Source: Diplonema japonicum
Taxonomy: Eukaryota; Protista; Euglenozoa: Diplonemea
Assembly (NCBI GenBank): GCA_964019335.1
Contig: OZ025739.1
Span: forward strand, 124,001-188,000
Direction: 5' to 3'
Length of the DNA stretch: 64,000 nt
Shown here: piece by piece, positions 21,089 to 30,613 of the stretch
Layout: the number at the start of each line of letters is the position of its first letter
Numbering within the stretch: the stretch's first letter is position 1
Translations under genes and position numbers: made by a program
The notes under the pieces: model-generated
Database searches by the model: none
What the model was told of the DNA's origin: nothing
Seen by the model: the letters and a program-made list of their open reading frames with translations, nothing else

Positions 21089-22657
21089 ATGCTAATATTA
21101 TCAGTAGTTCTCTGTGCAGCTCTGTCTGCAACGCCAGTGAAGAATTTCGATGTGGTGGTATATGGCGCCACACCAAGCGGGATCGCTGCGGCAATCTCAT
21201 ACGCGCGCGCTGATAAATTAAAGAAAATCGCGGTCGTGGAAAGCAGCTCGAGAATCGGCGGAATGAGCAGCCCCGGAGGCATTGGCCTACGAGACTGGGG
21301 TATGATCAAACCCTGCTGCACCATGCAAGAATGGGGTTTTCTCAACGCCGTCCATTACAACGTTAGCTACCCAGTGTGGCAACCGGACAATCATGTGGGC
21401 GAAGCGAACTTTCTAAACCTTCTAAAAACCGAACCCAACATCCAACTCTTCACGAACGAAGCGGTCCAACAACACTCCGTCGTAAAAAACCCCGCTACAA
21501 AAAGAATCACCTCTTTCACCACTGCATCCACCATGTGGACAGCGTCATTCTTCATCGACTCCTCATATGAAGGTCTTCTTATCCGCGAGGCAGCCACCAC
21601 CACATTCGGCAGGGAATCCGCTATTCAATACAACGAAACCTACGCAGGTGCCCGCCAGCCTGGAAAACCCGCTTACAAATACCCAATATCCTCAAAATGG
21701 GACAATGGAACACTTTTAAAATGGGTGAATGGTGATGCTCAACCAGCTATAGGAGAAGCGGACAAGGGTGTCATGGGCTGGTCTTTCAGAGCATGTGTTA
21801 CGACAAACAAGAAGAACCAAGTCCCGTTCCCGAAGCCTGTTAACTACGATCCGGAAGATTTCGAGCTCATGAAAAGGTACCTGGCATCGCTGAACCTCGC
21901 AGGGACCCCGCCCACAATGGGACAACTATTTGGAGTGTACAACTACAGATCCTACCCACCAGCCGACAAATGGGATCTCTGCGACAATGACAACAGCCCA
22001 GTAACGTCTGACGTGGTGGACGACGCCATCGAGTCATACATCAACGGAACGCACAGCGACAGGGAAACCTGTTACAACAAGGTCAAATACTATGTGCAGG
22101 GGTATCTGTACTTTCTCGCAAACGATGCTTCCGTCCCTACCGTCACACAAGCATCTGCTTTAAAATACGGACTTTGCGCAGATGAATGGCCGGACAACGG
22201 ACATTTCCCCCCTCAACTGTATGTTAGGGAAGCTCTTCGAGTTGTTGGTGACGATGTTTTCACGCAGAATAAGTGGATGTATGATACAACTAATGAGTCG
22301 GTTGGGCTTGGTGGGTGGGGGATTGACATCCACGTGGTGCACAGAAGGTCGAACGGAGACAATGTAGTCTTCGATGAAGGATTCTTCAGCCCCGGTACCG
22401 GGAACAAAGCGTTTAAATTACCCTTCTCCCTTGTCCTTCCCAAAAAGGATGATGTTGTGAATTTGATGTCGACAAGCGTGCTTTCTTGCACGCATGTGAC
22501 GTGGGCGTGCCTTCGCGAGGAGCCTACTCTTTGGCTGCTTGGAATGGCTGCTGGGACTAGCTTGTCGCTTCTTTCTGGTAACCAGTCCGTGTTTGATGTT
22601 TCGATACATGATTTGCAAGTTGCCTTGAAGGCTCAAGGTGTGCAGCTTGAGCCGTGA
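21089..22657 (+). CDS. secreted FAD-dependent oxidoreductase (FAD_oxidored, bacterial-type)
   Basis: Signal peptide; DVVVYGATPSGIAAA, IGGM, FIDSSYEG, GRE...YNE, GLCADEW.DNGHFPPQLYVRE, LREEP. Confidence 0.85.
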   Translation: MLILSVVLCAALSATPVKNFDVVVYGATPSGIAAAISYARADKLKKIAVVESSSRIGGMSSPGGIGLRDWGMIKPCCTMQEWGFLNAVHYNVSYPVWQPDNHVGEANFLNLLKTEPNIQLFTNEAVQQHSVVKNPATKRITSFTTASTMWTASFFIDSSYEGLLIREAATTTFGRESAIQYNETYAGARQPGKPAYKYPISSKWDNGTLLKWVNGDAQPAIGEADKGVMGWSFRACVTTNKKNQVPFPKPVNYDPEDFELMKRYLASLNLAGTPPTMGQLFGVYNYRSYPPADKWDLCDNDNSPVTSDVVDDAIESYINGTHSDRETCYNKVKYYVQGYLYFLANDASVPTVTQASALKYGLCADEWPDNGHFPPQLYVREALRVVGDDVFTQNKWMYDTTNESVGLGGWGIDIHVVHRRSNGDNVVFDEGFFSPGTGNKAFKLPFSLVLPKKDDVVNLMSTSVLSCTHVTWACLREEPTLWLLGMAAGTSLSLLSGNQSVFDVSIHDLQVALKAQGVQLEP

Positions 22658-23084
22658 TTTTTTTTTTTTTTATGTATTTTCTATTATTTCTTTTTTTGAA
22701 CCTTGCTTGTTTCCTTTGGGTGGGATTATGAAGAATGTTATGGAGAGAACGTGGCAAAAATTTAAAAAAAAAAAAAGAGAGAGAGGGAGACGGTGGCCTC
22801 ACATTAAACCCCCCCCCCCCCCCCGACAACAGAAAAATGTTCCCCCCCTGCCGCTCAGTACTCCCTATTCTCTTTCGTTGTTTCCAAAAATTCTTCTTTT
22901 TTTTTCTTATTCCCCCGAGGGTTCCTTTTTTTTTCAAAAAAAAAATAAAATAAAATAATAACATAAAAAAAAACCAACGTTTTTGACATCTTACTTTCTT
23001 TAACTACTCATACTACTATTCCTTCAGTGCCCCTAGGAAAAAAAAAAAAAAATTAAAAAAAAAATTACGGAAGAATGATCCCCC

Positions 23085-26000
23085 ATGTTCCGCACTGCCT
23101 GCACCGTTGTGTTTCTGACATTATTATGCGCCGGGAGAGCTGAGGTGTGCCCGTTTCTGCGGCCAAATGACGTACTAAACTTTAACCTATGCGAAGACGG
23201 CTCCACGTGTGACGTAACAGCTCTAGGATGGGACTGCTGCAACGGCTTCGGAGGACTAGCACGATGTGCACCGCAACAAGGCTACATGTGCCAAACACCA
23301 TCATGCACCGGGGGTTACTGCTGCTCAGCCACCATCGCAGGCTGCGGGGCCATGGGCGGCCTTCGTCAATGCCTCACCTCAGGAACATGTAAACACGCAT
23401 ACAGCTCCGGGACCGACAGCAGGCTGCGATGCAACGACGGAACAACCTGCTGCGCAGAAGGCGCCGTTGGGTGTTCTTACACATGTTGCACATCCCGTGG
23501 AGGCGTTGCATCTTGCCCTAGAGACAAACCAAACATGTGCACAAATCTATGCGGAGGGGGAATATGCTGCCAAGCAACCGCAGATCTTTGCACGCCGTTC
23601 GGTGGGCTGCGGCCTTGCTCCACGCCCACAGCTACCGCGACGGAATCTGCAACAAGTTCTGCTACAGGGTCGTTTTCCATTACACCGTCTGCGTCGACGT
23701 CAGCTTCAGCGACGGTGAGCATCAGTGTGAGCTTGACGATCCCTACACCCACTGAGTCGCTGACGCTCCCTACACCATCGGCGAGCTTTACGTACACGTT
23801 GTCGCCTAGCATCACGCTCCCGACACCGACAGCGACGTTTACTGAATCCTTGACGGGGTCTGTGACGCTCAGAACGGCGACAGACACCTTCAGTCTTACG
23901 TTTACGCACAGTCAGAGTTTGACGTTGTCGCAGAGTTCCACAGCGAGTATCAGTCTCACGGATTCGATTAGTTTGTCGCCGACCTTCACAGAGAGTCTTA
24001 CGGCGACGTTTAGTCTGACACCCACGGTGAGCTTGACACCTACGTTCACGGAGAGTCTCACACCGACGTTTAGTTTGACGGAGACGGTGAGCTTGACACC
24101 GACGTTCACTGAGAGCCTCACCGCTACCTTCACGTTGAGTCCTACGTTTACCCGTAGCTTGACGGAGACGGTTTCGCTGACGAGGACATTGTCGCTGACG
24201 CCCACCATTTCTGTCACTCCGAGTGAGACGTTTTCCCTGACGCCCACCTTCACGGAAAGTCTCACGCACACTGATAGCATTACGCAGACGGCTACCCTCA
24301 GCGTGACGCTGTCGTTGAGCTTAACAGCGACGATAACCAGCACTTTGACGGAAACGCGCAGCCTTACTCTGTCTCTCACACCTACGCACACTGTGAGTCT
24401 TACACCGACGGTGAGCATTACCCCTACTGCGACAACATCACTCACACCTACTGTGTCTCTGTCACCGACTGTTACTGAAACAGTAACTAATACAATCTCT
24501 ATTACACCTTCTGTTACCTTGTCGCTTACCCCTACTGTGAGTGTAACGCCGACGCTTTCTCTTACCCCTACGGTGAGTGTCACACCTACGGAGACTGTGA
24601 GTCTCACGCCCACTGCGTCTGTCAGTGTGTCGCTCACAGTGACTGAGTCGCTTTCCATCACCGTAACCCGAACAAGCACGGCAACACCTACCCATACGTT
24701 TAGCATTACGCCCACTGTTTCTCTGACACCAACGGTGAGCATCACACCCACCGAGACGGTCAGTCTCACGCCCACTGTCTCGCTTACAAACACGCCTACT
24801 GTGACCTTGACGTCTTCCATTACTATTACGCCGACAGGCACTGCTACTCCAACTCCTACGTTCAGCATTACACCTACTGTCTCGCTGACTCCGACAGTTA
24901 GTATCACGCTTACAGAGACGATAAGTGTTACTCGCACGGACACCCCAACACCGACTGCTACTCTCAGCATGACGCCTACAGTATCGTTGACGGCAACGGC
25001 GAGCATCTCGCTCACGGAGACAATCAGTCTCACACCCACTGTGTCGCTCAGTCTCACGGAGACTCTGTCGCTAACACCCACAGTAAGCCTCACGCCGACT
25101 GCCACAGACACGATGACACACACCTTTTCCATCACGCAGACGATATCGTTAACACCCACTGTGAGCCTCACACCTACACACACCATCAGTCTCACACCCA
25201 CGGAAAGTCCGACACCAACACGGACTGATAGCATCACTCCTACGATTTCCGTGACAAGCACTGATAGCTTAACACCTTCTCTAACAATCAGTGTCACGCC
25301 CACTGTGTCCTTGACTCCCACGTGGACGGTGTCGCCTACGCCAACGATCAGCGTCACGCCCACGGATTCTATGACGCCGACACTGACGGTAAGTAAGACA
25401 CCGACGGTGTCCGTGACGCCCACCCCTAGTGTCACACCCACGGGAACAAGCACTGTGACTCGAACGCCTACCACGACAGGGACGGCTACATCGACACACA
25501 CAGCGACACCCAGCACCACGCGGACTGCAAGTGAGACTCAGACACCGTCAATGACAGTGCACAAGACCCGCACGGTGACACCCACAACGACGGCAACGTT
25601 GTCGACAACAGGCACCACTTCTATCACGCCAACAGTGTCCGCTACTATACCCACAGAGACGGGCACCGTGACGGAAACAAAACGAGCTACCACGCCCACC
25701 AAAACAGGAACAGGCACGTTCTCCATAACAAGCTCGCACAGCCAATCAACGACTGCGACACTGTCGCAGACAATGAGGACAGAAACAGTTCAAGTGACAC
25801 CGACAATAACGGTTGTCCAACCTACCCCGACACAACTACCACCAACACCGACACTATCATTAGAGCTCACGTTCGGCTGGGCCAAAGGGACGACAAACCT
25901 TGTCGGGGTGGGTGTTGTCCGAATTAGATTGGAAAGAGCGCTGGCACCAGACTGGCAAGGTGGTTTGCTAAGAATTCTGGGAGACACGATCGCAGAGGGG

Positions 26001-28094
26001 ACCGTGAAGCTGTATCCAGATCAAGGCACTGAGGTAGCGTGCGTGAAACCGGTCAACGCGCAGAACTACTTCGAATGCCCGCTGCCTGTCCTGCCTTCAA
26101 CACCAACAGAGTACACACTAACATACACAAGCAAAATCCCGAAGCTTGAAGTAGATACAACACAAGCCCCACCCATAACGGTAGAGGGGAACGTAAAAGA
26201 ATACCCAAGAGCACTTCTCACGCCAATGATCAAACCGCCTGGGAACCTAACCCACACCGTGACGAACACCAACCCAAGCACCTTCACGGACGGACAGTTT
26301 CAGAAAGGTGTCTCAACAGCCAACATAACTCTAACAGGCGACGTTCTGAAGCCGACGATAATACTAGGAATGGAGGGAGACACGGCAGGAGGAGTCAACG
26401 TATGGTTGAAGAAGACAGGCGACAAACGAATTGAAGAGGCTCTGAGCAAAGGGTGGCTTATTGCAACGACAACAAACGACGGCTTCGCAATCACGTTAAC
26501 AAACACGGCGGTGTTCCCGGAGTTCGGGAAAGGCGACTTAATACTGACATTTGTCGTTCTTGGCGATGCTACCGTCAGCGGTGTACGCCCAATGGGTGAA
26601 CCCACTGTGACCATTAAACAACGTGAAGAACTTCTTTCCAGCGAACGTGAAGGGACCACCACCGGAGGAACGGCTGGTGCTGTTGTATCCGGTAATCCCA
26701 CGGGAGCGGTCTCCGCTGGTAAATTAAATGTTATATTCGATCTGGCAAACTGCCCGCCGGGCGCAGAGGAACGCGATCTCAGTTTCAGCGAAAACCCGAT
26801 GCAGTGGGAGCTCGAAGGCGCGAAATTTCCCATCTCCGCAGGGAGCATCGCAGGCAACCTCTTCATCATCATAGCATCTCTCGCATTGCAATTTATTGCA
26901 ACGATTCTGTTTAGATGGCATCGAATGTCAACGGGGCGTGGGAGGAATTGGAAGGAAGCCATGGCCGTGGCAAGGTTTCCGTCCTTCTCCGTGATACCCA
27001 TCTTGGTTTTTTACGAAAAAATAACGGAATCGGCGTATGTGATGGTATTCTACGGGCATCCTTGGGAGAAGCCTTTGGGTATACTTGTGATTGTGTTCTT
27101 CAGCGATTTTGTGTTGTTCGGGATATGGAGGCTGACGCGGCCGTCGAGTTTTCCTTGCGACACTTATCCTATGAAACGGGACTATAAAATACTGTGGTTT
27201 TTGTGGGGCGACAAGGTGTGGGACTCGGTGAGGGACCGCACGTTTTTCAGACGGTGGGCGTTGGTCTTCAAAGATTTCAAGTTTCGGTACAAAAGGTTCC
27301 TCCTTTACGACATTGGACTGGTCCACGGGCTTGCCTTCGTCCACGCGTTCAAAGCCAAGAACAAAAACCAATGTTTGGCCCAGATCGGGATCATGGAGGT
27401 TTTAATAGTGATGTACACCGTTAGAGTTTGGATGGTGAAACCGCATCTTGCTATTTTCGACACAATCTTCACATTCTTGGGATCTGTGTGTCAAGCCATC
27501 GCTGTTATATTTATTTTCGTAGCTATTTGGAACGACAATCCACGGGGTGACGAAGTTTCCATTGCAGGGGTTTTCTTGGTTATCTCGTCATTGTTCGTCG
27601 GTGCAATGGCAATAGTTGACATCCTGACTTGGTTTTACGAACGGTGTATCGGTCAGAAAGATGTTGCAGCGAAGAGAATGGTCGAAGAGAAACGCCGGGC
27701 ATTGGCAGGGGATGTTGAAACAAACCAATTTGAAATGGAGGTCCCGGACAACGGCAGTCTTGAAATGGAACTCCCTGTAGCCGTGAAACCCTTGCCGGGG
27801 CCGGAAGAGTTGAGCAATCCATTGTACGTTGGCGGGCATCAATCTTCGTTCTTGGCCTCCTCTGCTCAGAGGCTTCCCCTCCCATCGATGCACTCATTTG
27901 AGGATTCGGGTTCTAACCAAACTTATGAGCCGCCAGCACAGGACCACTTCGGGTTGGGTCGCGATTCTGTGCCTGTGGCTCTAGCTGTGCCTGTTGATCC
28001 TTTCTCTTCGGCGCACACCCCACCTGTTATCCCAATTGCACCAGCAACTACTACCAGGGCCAATAGACAGCGAATTAAAAAATTGTTGGTTTGA
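23085..28094 (+). CDS. large surface glycoprotein: Cys-rich N-terminus, Thr/Ser stalk, multi-pass (about 7 TM) C-terminus; bodonin/DGF-1-like architecture
   Basis: 1669-aa ORF with signal peptide, duplicated C.DG.TC...CC...GG.A.C module, ~740-aa TPTVS repeats, then successive hydrophobic helices. Confidence 0.8.
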   Translation: MFRTACTVVFLTLLCAGRAEVCPFLRPNDVLNFNLCEDGSTCDVTALGWDCCNGFGGLARCAPQQGYMCQTPSCTGGYCCSATIAGCGAMGGLRQCLTSGTCKHAYSSGTDSRLRCNDGTTCCAEGAVGCSYTCCTSRGGVASCPRDKPNMCTNLCGGGICCQATADLCTPFGGLRPCSTPTATATESATSSATGSFSITPSASTSASATVSISVSLTIPTPTESLTLPTPSASFTYTLSPSITLPTPTATFTESLTGSVTLRTATDTFSLTFTHSQSLTLSQSSTASISLTDSISLSPTFTESLTATFSLTPTVSLTPTFTESLTPTFSLTETVSLTPTFTESLTATFTLSPTFTRSLTETVSLTRTLSLTPTISVTPSETFSLTPTFTESLTHTDSITQTATLSVTLSLSLTATITSTLTETRSLTLSLTPTHTVSLTPTVSITPTATTSLTPTVSLSPTVTETVTNTISITPSVTLSLTPTVSVTPTLSLTPTVSVTPTETVSLTPTASVSVSLTVTESLSITVTRTSTATPTHTFSITPTVSLTPTVSITPTETVSLTPTVSLTNTPTVTLTSSITITPTGTATPTPTFSITPTVSLTPTVSITLTETISVTRTDTPTPTATLSMTPTVSLTATASISLTETISLTPTVSLSLTETLSLTPTVSLTPTATDTMTHTFSITQTISLTPTVSLTPTHTISLTPTESPTPTRTDSITPTISVTSTDSLTPSLTISVTPTVSLTPTWTVSPTPTISVTPTDSMTPTLTVSKTPTVSVTPTPSVTPTGTSTVTRTPTTTGTATSTHTATPSTTRTASETQTPSMTVHKTRTVTPTTTATLSTTGTTSITPTVSATIPTETGTVTETKRATTPTKTGTGTFSITSSHSQSTTATLSQTMRTETVQVTPTITVVQPTPTQLPPTPTLSLELTFGWAKGTTNLVGVGVVRIRLERALAPDWQGGLLRILGDTIAEGTVKLYPDQGTEVACVKPVNAQNYFECPLPVLPSTPTEYTLTYTSKIPKLEVDTTQAPPITVEGNVKEYPRALLTPMIKPPGNLTHTVTNTNPSTFTDGQFQKGVSTANITLTGDVLKPTIILGMEGDTAGGVNVWLKKTGDKRIEEALSKGWLIATTTNDGFAITLTNTAVFPEFGKGDLILTFVVLGDATVSGVRPMGEPTVTIKQREELLSSEREGTTTGGTAGAVVSGNPTGAVSAGKLNVIFDLANCPPGAEERDLSFSENPMQWELEGAKFPISAGSIAGNLFIIIASLALQFIATILFRWHRMSTGRGRNWKEAMAVARFPSFSVIPILVFYEKITESAYVMVFYGHPWEKPLGILVIVFFSDFVLFGIWRLTRPSSFPCDTYPMKRDYKILWFLWGDKVWDSVRDRTFFRRWALVFKDFKFRYKRFLLYDIGLVHGLAFVHAFKAKNKNQCLAQIGIMEVLIVMYTVRVWMVKPHLAIFDTIFTFLGSVCQAIAVIFIFVAIWNDNPRGDEVSIAGVFLVISSLFVGAMAIVDILTWFYERCIGQKDVAAKRMVEEKRRALAGDVETNQFEMEVPDNGSLEMELPVAVKPLPGPEELSNPLYVGGHQSSFLASSAQRLPLPSMHSFEDSGSNQTYEPPAQDHFGLGRDSVPVALAVPVDPFSSAHTPPVIPIAPATTTRANRQRIKKLLV
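23620..25860 (+). repeat. degenerate coding repeat (TPTVS[LI], TETVSL, TPTFTESL)
   Basis: Thr/Ser at alternate residues; synonymous codons diversified. Confidence 0.85.
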
Positions 28095-28128
28095 AAAACC
28101 AAAATATAAACAAATATCGAATCGTCTT

Positions 28129-28167
<39 letters not shown>

Positions 28168-28940
28168 TTTCTCATTCTCTTCATCGTTTCTTTTTTTTTT
28201 GTCGTAGTATTAGATCAGTTTAACACAAAAAAAAAAAAAAATGGGGTGTTCTCTCTCTTTTTTTTTTCTCTCCCATTTTTTTTTTTAATATACCGTAACA
28301 ACACTTTTCGGGTACTCTTTTTTACCGCTGCCCGATTATTCCCTTCCCATCCTTCCCATTTTTTTTTAAATGCTGCTTTACGTGCGTTTCCCCCCCCCCT
28401 TTTTTTATTATTAGATGAGCGCGAAAACACGAAATCTTAAAATGTCTAGTTTTATTTATTTATTTTAATTATACCCGTTTTTCTTTTTTTTTTTCTTCTT
28501 TTTTTCTTCTTCCCCCTATCGTCTATTTACTTGTGAGATGTAAACAAATGTTTAGAAAAAACAAAAAGAAAATCTCACACAGAGAGCCGTAGCTTTTTTT
28601 TTTTTTTTCTCTTCTTCTTTTTTTTTTTTTTTTTTCATAAGAGAACAGAAAAAAAAAACAGCTGTAGTTTGCAGTAATAGGTAGTATACAAAAAAAGAAA
28701 GAAAAAAAGAAACCAAAAAAAAAAAAAAAAAAAATCAGTTTCATTAACGACCAACCAAAACGAAAAAGAATGTATTCATTACGCTTGGAGCAAAGAATAA
28801 CCCTTGCCTATTGTCCACCCCTTTCCCCTTCCCCCTCCTATTTACTTATTTCGTTCATATAAGGTAAGTGCGTTCTTACCAGCAAGACCCATCTTTTTCC
28901 GTCCTTTTTTTATTTTATTTTATTTTTCACTTATCAACCA

Positions 28941-28979
<39 letters not shown>

Positions 28980-30613
28980 CAAACCTAAATTCTTTCGGGA
29001 AAGTTTGGTTTCTGGCACTCCGTCCTTTTTTTTCGGCTCCAACCTGTTGAAGCCGGTAGAAGCAGTTGAAAGGTGTTCTCTCCCGAAGAAAGGGTTATGA
29101 AAAATGTCCCGAAAAACTGAGAGTCACCAAAATATTTTGTCCCTCCCGTCCCTTTATTTTCTTTTATTTTGGAAGGGGAATAAAAAATGACTACTATAAA
29201 AAAAAAAAATTAAAAAAAAAAATCGCATTTTTGGCATTGCCTTCACACATAGTACTACAAGTGAAACGAGCGGATGTTGCATACATTTCTTTTTTTTCTT
29301 CTTTCTTTTAAACAGCAGGGCGCCACCAACACTGGCCTTCTTTATCTTATATATATTTTTTCCTTATCACGCACCATGTCTAAGCTCGTCATCTCCAACT
29401 GGGATTTTGAGCAGCTTTTTTTTTTCCCGCACGGTATATGGTGTGTCTCCCTTCTCATTTCTTTAGTTTGTTTCATTTTCTCTTCTTTTTTTTTTTTTTT
29501 TTTCCTCCCCTTCTCTCCTTACCTTAGCTCTTGTCCACCTGCGAGTCACTTTTTTTTATTTATTATTCGCCTAATGGAAATACCAGAGAAAAAAAAATGA
29601 AAAAAATAATTTTAAAGAACAGGGAAGAAAAAAAAAAATAAAAGAAAGAAAAATAGAAACAAGAAAAAAAGAGAAAGAGGGGAACAAGAAAAAAAAACGG
29701 GGAAAAAAAACAAAAAAGAAAGAAATAAAGATTATCTCCCGCTTGTTAGTATAAGAGTGGGCTTTTTTTCCCCCCTTTTTTTTTCCCCTTTAGTTCATTT
29801 TTTTTCCCCTTCCGTCTTTAAAAGAAGTTAGCTGCCTTTATGTTAAGGATGAAGAAGTAAATGGTTTTTTTTTTTTTTCCTTTTTTTTTTCTCGTTTCCC
29901 TTTCTCGTTTCAAGTTTTTTTTTGTTGTGGTTAGAGTGGATCGTTAAAAAAAATATTGCCCCTCTTACCATGGTGATTATTTTACTCCTTTGGTTATGGT
30001 CTCATATGTAGTTCTTCTTTTCAAGGAAGAAAAGAGGGACCTCCCCCCTCCCCACACGCGTGCGTAAAAAAAAAAGGTCGCTTTAATTTTTTTTTTTTAA
30101 TGGCTCAAATAAAAAAAAGGGGAATACAAAAAAAACAAAAACAGTGCCTCCTCCCTTTTTTTTTTCTTATTCTGCGGTTTAGATATTCCCCCCCCCCCCC
30201 CCCCCCCGACTTTACTTGATATTTTCTCTCTTATTTTTTTTTGTTCTGTCAATTCAGAACCAGCAAAGAGCCAAAAAGAAGAAGAAAAAAAGGAATGGTT
30301 ATTGCTCTCCGTTTCTTTTTTTTTTTGTGGCGTCCTGCCACATACCGCAGGTACCCTTAAATGTCTCTTTTTTTTTTCTTTTTTCTTTTCCTCATGAGGT
30401 TCGATCCTCTCTCCCCTTAAAATTTCGTTCGTCACACTCCTTTTTTTTTTTTTTTTTTTTTTTTGACAGAAACAACAAAATCACCCCCTCCTTTGTGTAT
30501 CTTTTGTTTGTTCTTTTCATTATTATTATTAAAAAATTATTCCCCCGCAATTTTTTTTTCTTTCCAAAATAATTCAGGGGGGAGGGGAACCAAAAAAAAA
30601 AAGAAAAAGAAAA

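Noticed and set aside
23912-25519. 535-aa minus-strand Val-rich ORF
   Set aside because: Antisense shadow of the Thr/Ser repeat codons of the + strand gene.
28981-29097. Imperfect inverted repeat ttctttcggga / tcccgaagaa
   Set aside because: Short arms, no snoRNA boxes or target-site duplication; could be chance.
28095-30613. Many short poly-Phe/poly-Lys ORFs in long spacers (also 33.3-34.9 kb and 37.9-39.7 kb)
   Set aside because: Translations of T and A homopolymer runs; no coding signal.
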